IMG/VR virus record: IMGVR_UViG_3300045988_088194
DNA from: a virus
DNA length: 64,000 nucleotides
Strand: one strand, 5' to 3'
In this document: positions 16,858 to 28,120 of the stretch, in pieces
Numbering within the stretch: position 1 is the stretch's first letter
Layout: each line of letters starts with the position of its first letter
The notes under the pieces: generated by a model
The model's database searches: none
Told to the model about the DNA's origin: nothing
The model's input: the letters and a program-made list of their open reading frames with translations, nothing else
Made by a program: the position numbers and the translations under genes

Positions 16858-19800
16858 ATGGTTAAATCTTGTGTTTATGTTCCTACAGTGAAAGTAGGAA
16901 ACCAGGAAGTGGATAGCCAGCTCTTTAGGGAGCTGGTTACCTACACTGGTAATAGAGAATCAGCAAAGTACATTTGGGGACTTACTCAGGTTCCTGAGTT
17001 CATGAGTTCTCTTAAGGGTATTGAGAAGGATAAGAATGGAGAACCTACTCTTTCTTCTCTCACTAAGGCTATTGATATAGACAGTCTATTAGATGAAGGT
17101 ATATCAATAGAAGGTGCTAAGAAAGAACTTGGTGCTATAAATAGTAAAGGGGAACCTGTTATACATTCTTCTACTGATGAGATTATCAACTCAGTAGTTA
17201 AATTCAATAAGAACCATCCAAAGATGGTTGCTGATATTGGAAGTAAAGATGGAGGATATGTAATAAATGTTGAGCCTAAGACTCCTCAGAATGCAACCTC
17301 TCCTGAAAAGCTTGTATTCAACAGTTCTCTTAACAATCAGTTGAGGGGTATCCTTAGAAGGCTTGGGTTTGATGTTGAGGTACTCAGTACTCCAAGATTC
17401 AATGCTATGTTCAGTCCTGAGAATGCAAGAACAAATGCAGAAGGATTAAAGACAGTCATACAGATAGCCAAAGGTCAGAGAGGGGAAGATGCCTTTCCCG
17501 AAGAGTTCAGCCATCTTATGATAGAAGGACTTATCAACCAGCCTTTAGTTCAGAGGCTTGTAAATTCTGTAGGTTCTTATGAAGTCCTAAAGGAAATTCT
17601 TGGTGAAAACTTTGATACCTATGTAAGGCTTTATAAAGGAGATATGGAATCTCTCCAGAAGGAAGCTGCTGGACAACTGCTTCAGAAGTATATCACTGGT
17701 GAGAGTCTTCCTGTAAGTAGGCCTTCTCTGCTTGAAAGACTTTGGAATTGGATTAAGTCCAAGTTTGGCAGTATGTCTGAAGATGATGTTGATAATATCA
17801 TACTACAGGCCAATAGAGACGCTTCTCAGGTAGCAAGTTCTATCCTTGATGAGTCTATACTTCCATTAGTAGATAAAGACCTTATAGTTAATGCAAAGAC
17901 CTTGTACAATGTAGAGAGGTCTGTATCTGGAATGGAGGAACTGGCTCAGAAGGCTCTTGAGGTTGCAAGTAAGAGACTTGAGATTTTAAGATTAAGAAGT
18001 AGAAGTGGTAGATATAGTGAAGATGACCTTAAGTCAATAAAGAATCTTCAGGACCTTATTGAAAAGAAGAAATACTCCAAGAGCTGTCTTGCTTTTCTTT
18101 CAGATAGCCTTCAACAGTTAGAACAACTGAATACCAACTTAAGTAAACTTGATGCTAACAACCTTAGTGAAGAGTCAGACTTGAACAGAATCAGAAAGAT
18201 TAGTTCTACTCTAAGGAAAATTAAGGAGTTCTCAGATGCATATGAGCCTATCATCAAACAGATGATGAGTATAGATGCTATGAAGGAGAGAGGAGAGGTT
18301 GAACTGTCTGCTGAAGATGCTGCTACTATTGCAGACAAGGCTTCCTCTGTATTCAGAATAATCACCAAGATTAACTCTGGGTATAAGAGCATGAGGTTCA
18401 ATACTCTTTACAGCTTCCTTAAGATGTACTGGGGGGAGGATAAGATTATTGATTCTGGAAAAGATAAGGGCAAGAGAATTACTCTTGAAATGATAATGAA
18501 GATGGCTGATAAGGATATTAACTTCCTTGACAGATATATCAGTTCAATGAGTGATGCATCAGACCCAATGCTGTCTCTTGTAGATAAGGTAGTCAAATCT
18601 ACACAGTCTAAGAGGGATTCAGTGCTTGAGGAGGTTCTTGCAGGAGTGAGAAGTGCCCATACTAAACTTTCACAGGCTGGATATACTACAGACTTTATGT
18701 ATGAGAGAGACAAGAATGGAAAGCTTACTGGAAGAATAATAAGTGATATTGACTTTGTTAAGTTTAAGGAGGAGTATGATGCTGAGAAGAAGAGACTTAT
18801 GGATGAAAAACTTCCTTACTATACAGTCAAGTCAAAACTTGATGCATGGGAAAGAAGACATACTGAAACTGTTCTTATAGATGCAGACTCAGGTAGAAAG
18901 GAAGAACTTCCTAAGAAGAGTCTTTATGGTGTTGACAGAATAAGTAAACTTGCACCTGCACAGAGAGAGTATTACAACACTATGATTAACCTTAAGGCTA
19001 CTCTTGACTCTCTAATACCAGCAAGGTTTGCAAATACTTTCAATGCAGTCCAGATAAGGAATGATGTTACTGAAGCCATCATGGATAATGTGACCAATCC
19101 TAAGAAGTCTGGGAAGATGGTTATAGAGAACCTCAAGGACAGTTTCCTCAGAAGAAGTGATGACACTGACTGGGGAGATACAACAGTTCTTGGTGATGGA
19201 GAATCCCCTATTCTTACTAAGGCAAAGAAGATAGGTCTGGATTTCTCAGGTAATCCTATACAGAAACTGCCAGTGTACTATACAACTCCTCTTGAAGATA
19301 TGGAGAGGCTGAGTACAGATTTCACCTCATCTATTATGGCATACGCATCTATGGCAATAAACTATAATGAGATGAGTAAAGTGATTGATGTACTTGAACT
19401 TACAAGAGACCTTATCAAAGAGAGGGAAGTTCAGCAGATGTCTGGAGACTCAAAACTGATAGATGCTTTCAAGGTTGTCCATAAGAAGTTCAGTAAGAAC
19501 TATACCAAGTCTGGAGAAAGAACTAACATTGGAGAGAGAATAGATGATTATTATGCTTCTGTTCTGTATGGTCAGCATAAGAAAGATGAAGGAGCTTGGA
19601 ATGTTTTTGGTAAGGAGATAGATAAAGCCAAGACTATGGATGCTTTGAAGAGTTATACAGGAGCACTTGGACTTGGTCTTAACCTGTTCTCTGCTATAAG
19701 CAATGTCACTATGGGTAAGATGCAGTTGTTCATAGAGGCTATGTCTGGAGAATACTTCAATATGAAAGACTCAGCCATAGGTAAGAAGAACTACTATGCA

Positions 19801-20937
19801 CTTCTTCCACAGTATATGGCAGAACTTAACTCTACAAAGAAAACAAGTAAGCTTGGTCTCCTTATAGACAAGTTTGATGCTCTTGAAGAGTTCTATGGAA
19901 ACCTTAAATCACAAGGGTATTACAAAGGACCTTTGTCAAGAATTATAGGTTCTGCAAATATATTCTTCCTTAACAACATGGGAGAGCACTATCTTCACAG
20001 TAGGAATATGCTGGCTATGCTCAATAATGTCAAAGTAAAGGACAGAAGTGGAAAAGAGATGAGCCTGTTTGATGCTTTTGAAGTAAAGACAGACCCTGAA
20101 GGGGCATCAAAGATAGTCCTTAAGGAGGGAACAAAAGACCTTGATGGTAATCTTCTTTCTACAGAAGGGCTTGACAGGAACTCTGAATTGTATGAAGAAG
20201 TGGAGAAGAGATATGATGACTTCATTACAAACCAGAAACTAAGGATTGGAAAGGTCAATCAATCTCTTAATGGTGCATTCAATGAGACTGACAAAGGAGC
20301 TATCCATAGATATTCTCTTGGAAGACTTGCTATGCAGTTTAGACAGTGGATGCCTGCCCATTACTCAAGAAGGTTCTCAAGTGCAAGTTATGATGCCAAA
20401 CTTGACCATTGGAGAGAAGGTTATTACAGAACTATAGCAAGATTTGCTATAAACCTTATGAAAGATATAGGCAGAGCAAAGTTTGACCTTGCAACCAACT
20501 GGAACAGTCTTAGCACCCATGAGAAGGCAAACATAAGAAGGGCTTTAACAGAACTTGGAATGTTTGCTACACTTTCAGCACTTATTGCCATGATAGGACC
20601 TGAGAAGGATAAGAAAGGCAGATGGGGCGAGAGAATGATTGTATATCAGCTTAAGAGAATGCAACTTGAGACTGGTGCCTCTATACCTTGGTTCTCAGCC
20701 ATTGAGAATGCATGGACCATATTACAAAGTCCAGCAGCAGCCATAAACAGTTTCAATGGACTGCTTGATTTGGTTAAGTTCTGGAACATGTTTAATGAAC
20801 TTGAATCTGGAAGATACAAGGGGTGGAGTGAGTGGGAGAGAGATGCTTCACAGGCAATTCCTCTTTATGGTCAGCTTAGGAAGATAGCAGACCTCTCTGA
20901 GGAAGATTATATGTACACTATATTTGCTGATAGATAA
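16858..20937 (+). CDS. large protein (1,359 aa), partner of the giant ORF; virion/ejection-associated candidate
   Basis: The ATG sits 1 nt after the giant ORF stop (TAATATG). Coiled-coil rich, with C-terminal hydrophobic helices (ALGLGLNLFSAISNVTMG, LGMFATLSALIAMIG). No catalytic motif recognised. Confidence 0.8.
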   Translation: MVKSCVYVPTVKVGNQEVDSQLFRELVTYTGNRESAKYIWGLTQVPEFMSSLKGIEKDKNGEPTLSSLTKAIDIDSLLDEGISIEGAKKELGAINSKGEPVIHSSTDEIINSVVKFNKNHPKMVADIGSKDGGYVINVEPKTPQNATSPEKLVFNSSLNNQLRGILRRLGFDVEVLSTPRFNAMFSPENARTNAEGLKTVIQIAKGQRGEDAFPEEFSHLMIEGLINQPLVQRLVNSVGSYEVLKEILGENFDTYVRLYKGDMESLQKEAAGQLLQKYITGESLPVSRPSLLERLWNWIKSKFGSMSEDDVDNIILQANRDASQVASSILDESILPLVDKDLIVNAKTLYNVERSVSGMEELAQKALEVASKRLEILRLRSRSGRYSEDDLKSIKNLQDLIEKKKYSKSCLAFLSDSLQQLEQLNTNLSKLDANNLSEESDLNRIRKISSTLRKIKEFSDAYEPIIKQMMSIDAMKERGEVELSAEDAATIADKASSVFRIITKINSGYKSMRFNTLYSFLKMYWGEDKIIDSGKDKGKRITLEMIMKMADKDINFLDRYISSMSDASDPMLSLVDKVVKSTQSKRDSVLEEVLAGVRSAHTKLSQAGYTTDFMYERDKNGKLTGRIISDIDFVKFKEEYDAEKKRLMDEKLPYYTVKSKLDAWERRHTETVLIDADSGRKEELPKKSLYGVDRISKLAPAQREYYNTMINLKATLDSLIPARFANTFNAVQIRNDVTEAIMDNVTNPKKSGKMVIENLKDSFLRRSDDTDWGDTTVLGDGESPILTKAKKIGLDFSGNPIQKLPVYYTTPLEDMERLSTDFTSSIMAYASMAINYNEMSKVIDVLELTRDLIKEREVQQMSGDSKLIDAFKVVHKKFSKNYTKSGERTNIGERIDDYYASVLYGQHKKDEGAWNVFGKEIDKAKTMDALKSYTGALGLGLNLFSAISNVTMGKMQLFIEAMSGEYFNMKDSAIGKKNYYALLPQYMAELNSTKKTSKLGLLIDKFDALEEFYGNLKSQGYYKGPLSRIIGSANIFFLNNMGEHYLHSRNMLAMLNNVKVKDRSGKEMSLFDAFEVKTDPEGASKIVLKEGTKDLDGNLLSTEGLDRNSELYEEVEKRYDDFITNQKLRIGKVNQSLNGAFNETDKGAIHRYSLGRLAMQFRQWMPAHYSRRFSSASYDAKLDHWREGYYRTIARFAINLMKDIGRAKFDLATNWNSLSTHEKANIRRALTELGMFATLSALIAMIGPEKDKKGRWGERMIVYQLKRMQLETGASIPWFSAIENAWTILQSPAAAINSFNGLLDLVKFWNMFNELESGRYKGWSEWERDASQAIPLYGQLRKIADLSEEDYMYTIFADR

Positions 20938-20943
20938 AAAAAA

Positions 20944-20968
20944 GAGGAAGTAGTTATTCTACTTCCTC
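20944..20968. terminator. bidirectional rho-independent terminator at the convergence of the two blocks
   Basis: GAGGAAGTAG / CTACTTCCTC 10-bp stem with loop TTATT, flanked by an A-run (20935-20943) and a T-run (20969-20977). Confidence 0.75.
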
Positions 20969-20992
20969 TTTTTTTTTCTTTTTGTAGTATCT

Positions 20993-23900
20993 CTATCTAC
21001 AATTCTTTATAGTGTCAATAAGACTGTTGAATGCTTCTGCTGAGGTTATAGTCTCAGGACTTGGAAGATTATTCTCTGGATTTCTTATGAAGTCCATAAA
21101 CTCTTCAACATTCTTAAATCCAAGCTCTCTGAGAACTCCCCTATTTCCTCTTATATAAGATGAAATCTGTAGTTTGGTTTCATCAGATATTGGAGTGAAG
21201 GATTCAGTAAGAGTAAATGTAGGTTTTGACACTTTGGTTTCTGGTGCTTTCTTTACTGGCTTTGAAGCTTCTTCTCCTCCAAGGATAGCCATAGCAAGTT
21301 CATCAGATATAGTCTCCATTGAGATTCCATCTTCAGAGTCTGCTGGTTCTTCCTTTGCTATTTCCTGCTTTGGAACTTTGTCAGAAACTCCATACTGAGA
21401 TTCAAGATATGAAAGATTAGCACCTTCAGCAGCTTCCATTGCAAGTGCAGTTTCCCCTACTTTCCTGTTCTGAAGTTCTTTCTTATGAAGCTTCTCTGCC
21501 TTACTCTTAAGTTCCTTCAGAGAGTTTCCTGTCTTGACAACTCCATTGACTATACCAAACTCTGTACTATCATTGGTATAAACTCCTAAGTAAAGTCTCT
21601 TACTACCTGAAACTGGATTTATCAAGCCTTGGTTTATCTTGGAAAGTAAGGTGAGTTCATCTATACTATTCTGATTTGAAACTACCTCTCCCTTATCATC
21701 ATAGATATTACCTTCTGAATCTATACTATAACTCTTGCTGTTAAGAGTCAATGTAGTCCTATTGAGAACATTCTGTATTCCCCTCTTTCCAGTATGACCT
21801 TTAAGAGCAATCTCACCTCCTTTAACAGATGGCTTACCTTCTGAATCAACTGGTGCAATATCAAAACTTGCATTAACATTACCAGGCTGATATAAATCAG
21901 TGGTAAGTATGCCAGACTTGAGTATATCCTCTTGATACTGAGGGTCAGTAAGTTCTGAAGTAACTACATTGAATCTTAATCCAAGTTCATCACTTTGGAG
22001 TGCCTGAACCAGAAGTGCTGTTGCTTCATCCAAAGAGGTTGCTCCCCCAGTTATATTCTCTATAATTCCTGGTATAGATACAATATTTCCCTTCTTTGAG
22101 AAGGCTATATCAATCCCTTCTGGAAAATGCAGAACTTCCTTAAGGTCATACTTGGCAAGAGACTTCTGATATTGAGTGCTTTCTGGATTTACAAGAACTT
22201 CAGCATCCCTTCCTATCCTTTCAACTATTGGGGAGTCTCCCCATACATCAAGTGGATATTCAGTTTCTGTGAACCTCTTTGCCCTTAGATGTTTAGGATA
22301 CCACCTTCCATCAGCCTCCTTGGTCATGAGCCATATAGAACCAGCCCTTGGATTCTGATTATTAGTATTAAGTGGAACTATTTCAACATTATCAAGACCT
22401 GGAGTTTCAAATCTTGTATTATTGTAATAGATACCAATCCTAAGAGGTCTTCCTCTAAGAAACTCCTTTGTGAGGTCTTTATTCTCAACTGGTGAGTCTT
22501 CTGTAGACTTGACCATTCTTCCACTGTATATGTGGGTTACCTTAGTATAATAGGATGAAACAAATGCACTTCCTTCATTACTTTCAGAAGCAGAATACTC
22601 ATCATTTACTGCATCCACTATATCATTGTAGTTCTTTATGGACTCCTTATTATTCTTATTGAAACCAAGGACTCCTACTACCTGATACCTCTTTCCATCA
22701 CTTCCCTCTATTGGATTCAGAGATTTGTCTTTTTCTCCTATTTCTACAGCAAGCAGTATATGACTGTTAAGTCTGCTATCTGAAGATATGATAAGATGTA
22801 TTGGCAAATCTTCATTTGCATCAACTCTATCTGCAAGATAGCCTTCATCCACATACTGAAAAGCTCCTAATTCCTGTAAGGCATTCACTATTGGATTGTT
22901 CCTTAATACAGCCTTTCTCTCTCTTCTATTCTTAAGAGGATTAAATTCATACTCAGTCTCAACCCAGCTTCTAAGTCCCTGTGTAATACCACTATCTTCA
23001 GGAGATGCATTATCCTCAACTTCCACATTACTCTCCTCACCAGCAGCAGGAAGAAGTCTGTTGTCATGTATCTTTGCAGCAAGTCTTCTTAGAGCAGTAT
23101 TATCTTCCTTTGGAAGGGAAGCATCACCCTTCTTGGCTATATCTACAAGCTCATCCTGACTCTTTTCTTCAAGTCTTCCCTCAAGACTTTCTGGTTCTTC
23201 CTTAGAAGGTTTTTCTTTACCTTCCTTCTCACCTTCAGCTTCTTCCTCAGATAGAGCATCCTTAACATCTGGAGAATCAGACAACATATCAAAGAACCCT
23301 TTCTTTCCAGCTTTCTTAGGCTTGTTCTTTGATTTCTTTGTATCCTTTCTTGAAGTTTTCCCTGACTTCTTCTGCTCTATGAACTTATCAACTATCTCTT
23401 GAAGAGTAGCCTTTACTTCTTCTGGTATAGAAGAGTCCTGTGCTTGGTCAAGAGTGGTAAGTATATCATCAAGTGATTCAGCATTCTCAAGAGCATCCTG
23501 TATGATGTTCTTAGCTGATATTACTTCGGGAGAAGGCTCTGTAGCAGACAGAATATCTGTGAATATAGCAGAAGACTCATCAAGGTCTTCATAAGTCTCT
23601 GCCAACTTCTTGAGAGTGTCATTACCACCATTCTTCAATGATTCTATTATATCCTTCTTTTGTTCAGGATAATTAGAGAATATTTCCCTAAGGTCATTAA
23701 CTGAAGTTGCTGAGTCTGCTTTAAGTTTTGCTTCATCAAGAATCCTCTTCACATTATCTTCCTTGACAGCTTTTATAGAATCCTGTACCTGCTGTGAGAA
23801 GAGCTCTGGATTCTTTGAAAGTGCAGTGTACTTATCAATGAACTCATTTCTTGCTTCATATATTTTAAGCATATCAGATAAGTCCATGAAAAGTTTCATG

Positions 23901-26299
23901 TTCCTTAATGATTTATCCTTATCTTTATCAGCAAGAACTTTCTCATCAGATAGAGCATCCCTGACTGCCTTTCTATTGAGAGTATTCAGCAAAGATTCAG
24001 CTGTAATATCAGTCAGTTCTCCTATCTTCTGGTTTGCATTTGCTCCAAAGAACCTTTTATCCCTATCCCCAATAACCTGAGAAGCTCCCTTCTTCACTTC
24101 TTCAAAGAGGGACTTGAATCTTGACTCCCAATCATCAATTTGAGTCATCATCCAAGTCATCTCCTCAAGATAGTCATCAGCCATATCTTCTCCATAGAGT
24201 GTCTTGAGGTTAGTAGAGATTTCAGAATACTTCTGAAGTTTGGTCTTTGCATCCCTGACCTGCTTATTAACATGGTCAATTACTTCCTGGTCTGACTTAC
24301 CTTCAAAGATTGACTTCCCTGTATTCTTATCAACTGCAAGATTTCTTATATCATCTACATCATCCTGAGTTACATTTCCTGCCTCCTCTATAATGTCATA
24401 TAAGTCCTGCAATCTTCCAGCCTTTTCAAACATTATAGCATCTGAAATAAACTGGGAATGCTCTGCATTCTTATAATCAAAGTTACTTCCATTTGCAAGG
24501 GCAGCCTCCATATCATTCTGATATTTCTGATGCCTTATGAAGCCTTGATAATAGTTTAGGAACTCTGGACTTTGTACTCTCTGATTAAGGGCATCTACAA
24601 GGGATTGTGCCTGCTTCTTCTCTTCTCTGACATCAGAGATTCCTTCCCACAGTTCACCTTCCAGAGATAGTTTTACTTTCTTCTTACCATTTTCTCCCTT
24701 CACTCTTGAGAGTTTAGGTATTCCAAGAAGTCCTGTAAGACCTCCTATGAAACCTTCCTCCCAGTTATCAGCATCTCCATATATATTAGAGAACCCCTTG
24801 ACCATTGAGTTGAGGAATGTTGAAGTCTCTTCCTCAGCTTCAGGATTAACCTTTGCTCCATAGAAACTGTTGAGTTTTGAAGATTGCTGTAATCCTGTTC
24901 CCTCTGAGAACCAAGACTGCATCATCTCCTCATTCATCTCAGCCAGTGGGTTTGAAAGGGCTCTTGCCCATTTCTTTGCTATATTACCCTTTGATATAGA
25001 GAAACCATCCTTTGCACTTCCTTTTATAATACCATTGGCAAGCTTTCCTGTGTTATAACCTCCAGATAGGAACCTTCCAAACTGCCATATGTTTGAGGCA
25101 GAAAGCATTACAGTATTAAGTCCAAAGTCAGCATTAGCCATAGCAGCTCTATACTCAGCAAGCTTGGCTATTGAGTCATTGTATCTTGTATCAATCTGGT
25201 TCTTTATATTAGCCCACTCAGCTTGTCCTTCAGGAGATACAAGTCTTCTTTCATACCTTATACCTGTCTCAGGTGAACCAGTCTGAACAAAAGAGAACCA
25301 CTCTGGGTGTTCCTCAAACAAGGCATTCTCAATATTTGAAATATCCTTTTGATATTGGTCATTAAGGAGTTGCCTATGATATGTTTCCCATTCCTTACTA
25401 TTTCCAATGGCCTCAATTCTTCCCTCACCCATAGCTGCATTTACTGCACCTACAGTCTTAAGAGTCCATTCAGCATTCCTCAACTGCTTGGCAGCCTTTC
25501 CTAAGTCTTCAGTGAGCTTTATTCCATCCATGAAGGCATCTCCAGACTTATAGGCCTTTGCTATCTCTGAAGCTGTATTCAGGGTTCTTCCTGATGCTGT
25601 AGTAACAGCTCCCTTGAAGGCATCCCTCACACCTTTCAGTCCCATAGCCTTTGACACTGCACCTGCTGTGAGTTTACCTGAATATGCAGCACCTACGGTA
25701 AATCCAAGGTTCTTGAGGAACTTGTCTCCTATGAAGTTTGCTGAGAATATATGTTCCCACCATGGGTCTTCTTGTTCTGCTTTTGTATAGTAGTTTGGAA
25801 GGGCTGACTCAACCTTCTCATTGATGTCCTGCATAAGTACACTGAATGGGTTACTTATGAACAAGTTACCAATCTCCCTCATAGGACTGTCACTTTCAGA
25901 AATCTTGTCTGTGTTCCCAAGAATGTTCAATGCTCCAGCTATAGTTCCAAGGACTCCATCAGCAAAGGTAGTGGCAGCAAGGACAGAGCCTTTAAGTATG
26001 CCTGCACCTATCTGGTCATACCAAGGCTGTATGTTGGCTCTTGATTCATTCAGGTCTGCAAGCTCCCCAAGCTGGGTCATCCTCTTATCATACCTACTTT
26101 CTCCAAAATCCTCAACTCCAACATTTTCAACTGGACCTCTTTGAATGAGGTCCAGTTTCCTTGCTGTATTATCTCTCCAGTCTGGTCTGAAGTTCTGGAA
26201 CATTGACACATAATCTGTACCATCTGCTGACTTGGTATTCAAGCCTTTAAGTCCAGATACACCCATCTTTCTTGGGTCCTTTATTTCATTTTCTCCCAT
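20993..26299 (-). CDS. large internal virion (cargo/ejection) protein candidate (1,768 aa)
   Basis: Last gene of the virion block. Gly/Ala-rich hydrophobic segments in the N-terminal third (GAGILKGSVLAATTFADGVLGTIAGALNILG) and a K/E-rich low-complexity linker (about nt 23150-23400). No enzyme motif recognised. Confidence 0.75.
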   Translation of the reverse strand: MGENEIKDPRKMGVSGLKGLNTKSADGTDYVSMFQNFRPDWRDNTARKLDLIQRGPVENVGVEDFGESRYDKRMTQLGELADLNESRANIQPWYDQIGAGILKGSVLAATTFADGVLGTIAGALNILGNTDKISESDSPMREIGNLFISNPFSVLMQDINEKVESALPNYYTKAEQEDPWWEHIFSANFIGDKFLKNLGFTVGAAYSGKLTAGAVSKAMGLKGVRDAFKGAVTTASGRTLNTASEIAKAYKSGDAFMDGIKLTEDLGKAAKQLRNAEWTLKTVGAVNAAMGEGRIEAIGNSKEWETYHRQLLNDQYQKDISNIENALFEEHPEWFSFVQTGSPETGIRYERRLVSPEGQAEWANIKNQIDTRYNDSIAKLAEYRAAMANADFGLNTVMLSASNIWQFGRFLSGGYNTGKLANGIIKGSAKDGFSISKGNIAKKWARALSNPLAEMNEEMMQSWFSEGTGLQQSSKLNSFYGAKVNPEAEEETSTFLNSMVKGFSNIYGDADNWEEGFIGGLTGLLGIPKLSRVKGENGKKKVKLSLEGELWEGISDVREEKKQAQSLVDALNQRVQSPEFLNYYQGFIRHQKYQNDMEAALANGSNFDYKNAEHSQFISDAIMFEKAGRLQDLYDIIEEAGNVTQDDVDDIRNLAVDKNTGKSIFEGKSDQEVIDHVNKQVRDAKTKLQKYSEISTNLKTLYGEDMADDYLEEMTWMMTQIDDWESRFKSLFEEVKKGASQVIGDRDKRFFGANANQKIGELTDITAESLLNTLNRKAVRDALSDEKVLADKDKDKSLRNMKLFMDLSDMLKIYEARNEFIDKYTALSKNPELFSQQVQDSIKAVKEDNVKRILDEAKLKADSATSVNDLREIFSNYPEQKKDIIESLKNGGNDTLKKLAETYEDLDESSAIFTDILSATEPSPEVISAKNIIQDALENAESLDDILTTLDQAQDSSIPEEVKATLQEIVDKFIEQKKSGKTSRKDTKKSKNKPKKAGKKGFFDMLSDSPDVKDALSEEEAEGEKEGKEKPSKEEPESLEGRLEEKSQDELVDIAKKGDASLPKEDNTALRRLAAKIHDNRLLPAAGEESNVEVEDNASPEDSGITQGLRSWVETEYEFNPLKNRRERKAVLRNNPIVNALQELGAFQYVDEGYLADRVDANEDLPIHLIISSDSRLNSHILLAVEIGEKDKSLNPIEGSDGKRYQVVGVLGFNKNNKESIKNYNDIVDAVNDEYSASESNEGSAFVSSYYTKVTHIYSGRMVKSTEDSPVENKDLTKEFLRGRPLRIGIYYNNTRFETPGLDNVEIVPLNTNNQNPRAGSIWLMTKEADGRWYPKHLRAKRFTETEYPLDVWGDSPIVERIGRDAEVLVNPESTQYQKSLAKYDLKEVLHFPEGIDIAFSKKGNIVSIPGIIENITGGATSLDEATALLVQALQSDELGLRFNVVTSELTDPQYQEDILKSGILTTDLYQPGNVNASFDIAPVDSEGKPSVKGGEIALKGHTGKRGIQNVLNRTTLTLNSKSYSIDSEGNIYDDKGEVVSNQNSIDELTLLSKINQGLINPVSGSKRLYLGVYTNDSTEFGIVNGVVKTGNSLKELKSKAEKLHKKELQNRKVGETALAMEAAEGANLSYLESQYGVSDKVPKQEIAKEEPADSEDGISMETISDELAMAILGGEEASKPVKKAPETKVSKPTFTLTESFTPISDETKLQISSYIRGNRGVLRELGFKNVEEFMDFIRNPENNLPSPETITSAEAFNSLIDTIKNCR

Positions 26300-26311
26300 A
26301 AAATTTCATCT

Positions 26312-28120
26312 TTATAAAGGAAATGTTGAAACCTTTGAACTTGTCTTTGATGCTTCTGGTGCTGCACCATTGTATGAATTATACAATGCCCCATAGAAGG
26401 TATTCAACATATTGTCCATAGCCATCTTTGCCTCATTGCTGTTGGTGTCATATTGAGAAGACTGTGCAAAGTTTGTAATCATCTCCAGGAACTCATCTCC
26501 AGGAATTACCCCAACAGGTGTTGGAACTCCTATGTTATGGAATGCTGCTGAGTTATCTATTTCATAACTTCCATAGGAACCTTCTATAATGGACTTTCCA
26601 GTGACAGGATTAAACTGTATTGTTGCAGCACTGTCATTGAATATCTTGGACAGGGTTTCTTCATCAGGAGCAGCCTTACTGTCTCCTAACTTATGAATCC
26701 TCTTTCTGACTTCCTTCTTATCTGACCTATCCTCTATTCCAGACAGAATAGCTGCTCTCAGTTCCCTCATTGCAAGGTCAGATTGAGTAGTCTTGAACTT
26801 TGCATACTTATTTACAGCTACAGCCTTCTTCAATGATAATTCCTGTTCTTTTATAAGAGAGTCAATATCATCTGTTCCATACTGTTTAGAGAGGTTAGTA
26901 TAAGAGTTATATACAGGGTTTTCAGTCCTATACTCCTTATCCATCTTTGGAGTACTCCCTCCAACCATAGCGTATGAATCAAGGCTCCTCTTTAAGTCAG
27001 CTTGTAGATTCTTAAGTCCTATATCAGTATCAGGATTCCATTCTGGATTTTCATTCTGCCTTTTTGCTATATAGCTCTCAATTCTCTTTGCCTTGTCATC
27101 CAATACCCTGTTGGCATAGCCCATCCTTGATGTATAAGGAGATACAGTCTCTCCTCTATCTATTGAGTCTTTATATGCCCTAAGATTCTTAAGGTCCTCA
27201 TTCAGTTGTTTAGCATTGGCATCCCTGTCAATATTAAGCTCAGTTCCTACATAATCATAGAAGATAGGCTGCTGAGAATCTTTTTCTCTCATCTTCCACC
27301 TTTCATAAGGTGAAAGGAAGTTTCTATCCTGTAGGGTATCATACTTAGTAGTACCAATAGCATTATAGAGACCACTTGTTATATAGTCTATTGCTCTCTT
27401 CTTTGTACTATTATCAGCCCAAGAATCAATTCCTGAAGACTCATAAACCTGCTTTATTATATTTCTGAGTTCCTCCGGAGCATCCTTGTTAAATTGAGAA
27501 GCAAGGACTATCTCTTCAGGAGTATATCCTGATTTTTCCATAGTCTGCCAGTATTGTCCACCAAGTATGTGTTCCCACTTCCTTGGGTCTGACCTCATAG
27601 ATTTAGCAAGATTAGAAGCCATATCTCCAGCCTGCTTAGCAAGTACTGCTCCTGAATAGGATGCTCCATAATCAATCTCTGGATTTGCAATGAAGTCATC
27701 AAGACTCATAGTAGAAGCATCCCTCTGATACATGAGGGTAGGATTCTCAGCAAGTGCCTTTCTTTGCTCATCAGCAAGCTGTCTCCTTCTTGTATAAGCC
27801 TGCTCTATTGGAGTTATCTCCTGAGAATATCTGCCCTTCATTTTCAGAAGGTTCTGTCTGCTTACCTGAGTAAGTCCTTGACTGGCAAGAGCATCAGCCT
27901 GACTCTTAAGGTCTTCAGAGTATCTCTTGTACATCTGATAGGCTTTAGGGTCAGTCTGCTCATTTGCTATATTCTCCCATACACTTGCTTTAGTATCAAG
28001 GTCTGCATATTCAGTCTCAAGAGCCTGATGTGCTACTGTAGCTTCCTGCAAGGGTCTTACCAACTCATCATAAGAGAATGGTCTGAACTTACTTCCTATA
28101 GTTACATATGATGTTGCCAT
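26312..28120 (-). CDS. virion-associated protein candidate (602 aa)
   Basis: The start ATG overlaps the upstream stop (TAATG at 28118-22). Lies between two large ejection-like genes. No motif recognised. Confidence 0.7.
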   Translation of the reverse strand: MATSYVTIGSKFRPFSYDELVRPLQEATVAHQALETEYADLDTKASVWENIANEQTDPKAYQMYKRYSEDLKSQADALASQGLTQVSRQNLLKMKGRYSQEITPIEQAYTRRRQLADEQRKALAENPTLMYQRDASTMSLDDFIANPEIDYGASYSGAVLAKQAGDMASNLAKSMRSDPRKWEHILGGQYWQTMEKSGYTPEEIVLASQFNKDAPEELRNIIKQVYESSGIDSWADNSTKKRAIDYITSGLYNAIGTTKYDTLQDRNFLSPYERWKMREKDSQQPIFYDYVGTELNIDRDANAKQLNEDLKNLRAYKDSIDRGETVSPYTSRMGYANRVLDDKAKRIESYIAKRQNENPEWNPDTDIGLKNLQADLKRSLDSYAMVGGSTPKMDKEYRTENPVYNSYTNLSKQYGTDDIDSLIKEQELSLKKAVAVNKYAKFKTTQSDLAMRELRAAILSGIEDRSDKKEVRKRIHKLGDSKAAPDEETLSKIFNDSAATIQFNPVTGKSIIEGSYGSYEIDNSAAFHNIGVPTPVGVIPGDEFLEMITNFAQSSQYDTNSNEAKMAMDNMLNTFYGALYNSYNGAAPEASKTSSKVSTFPL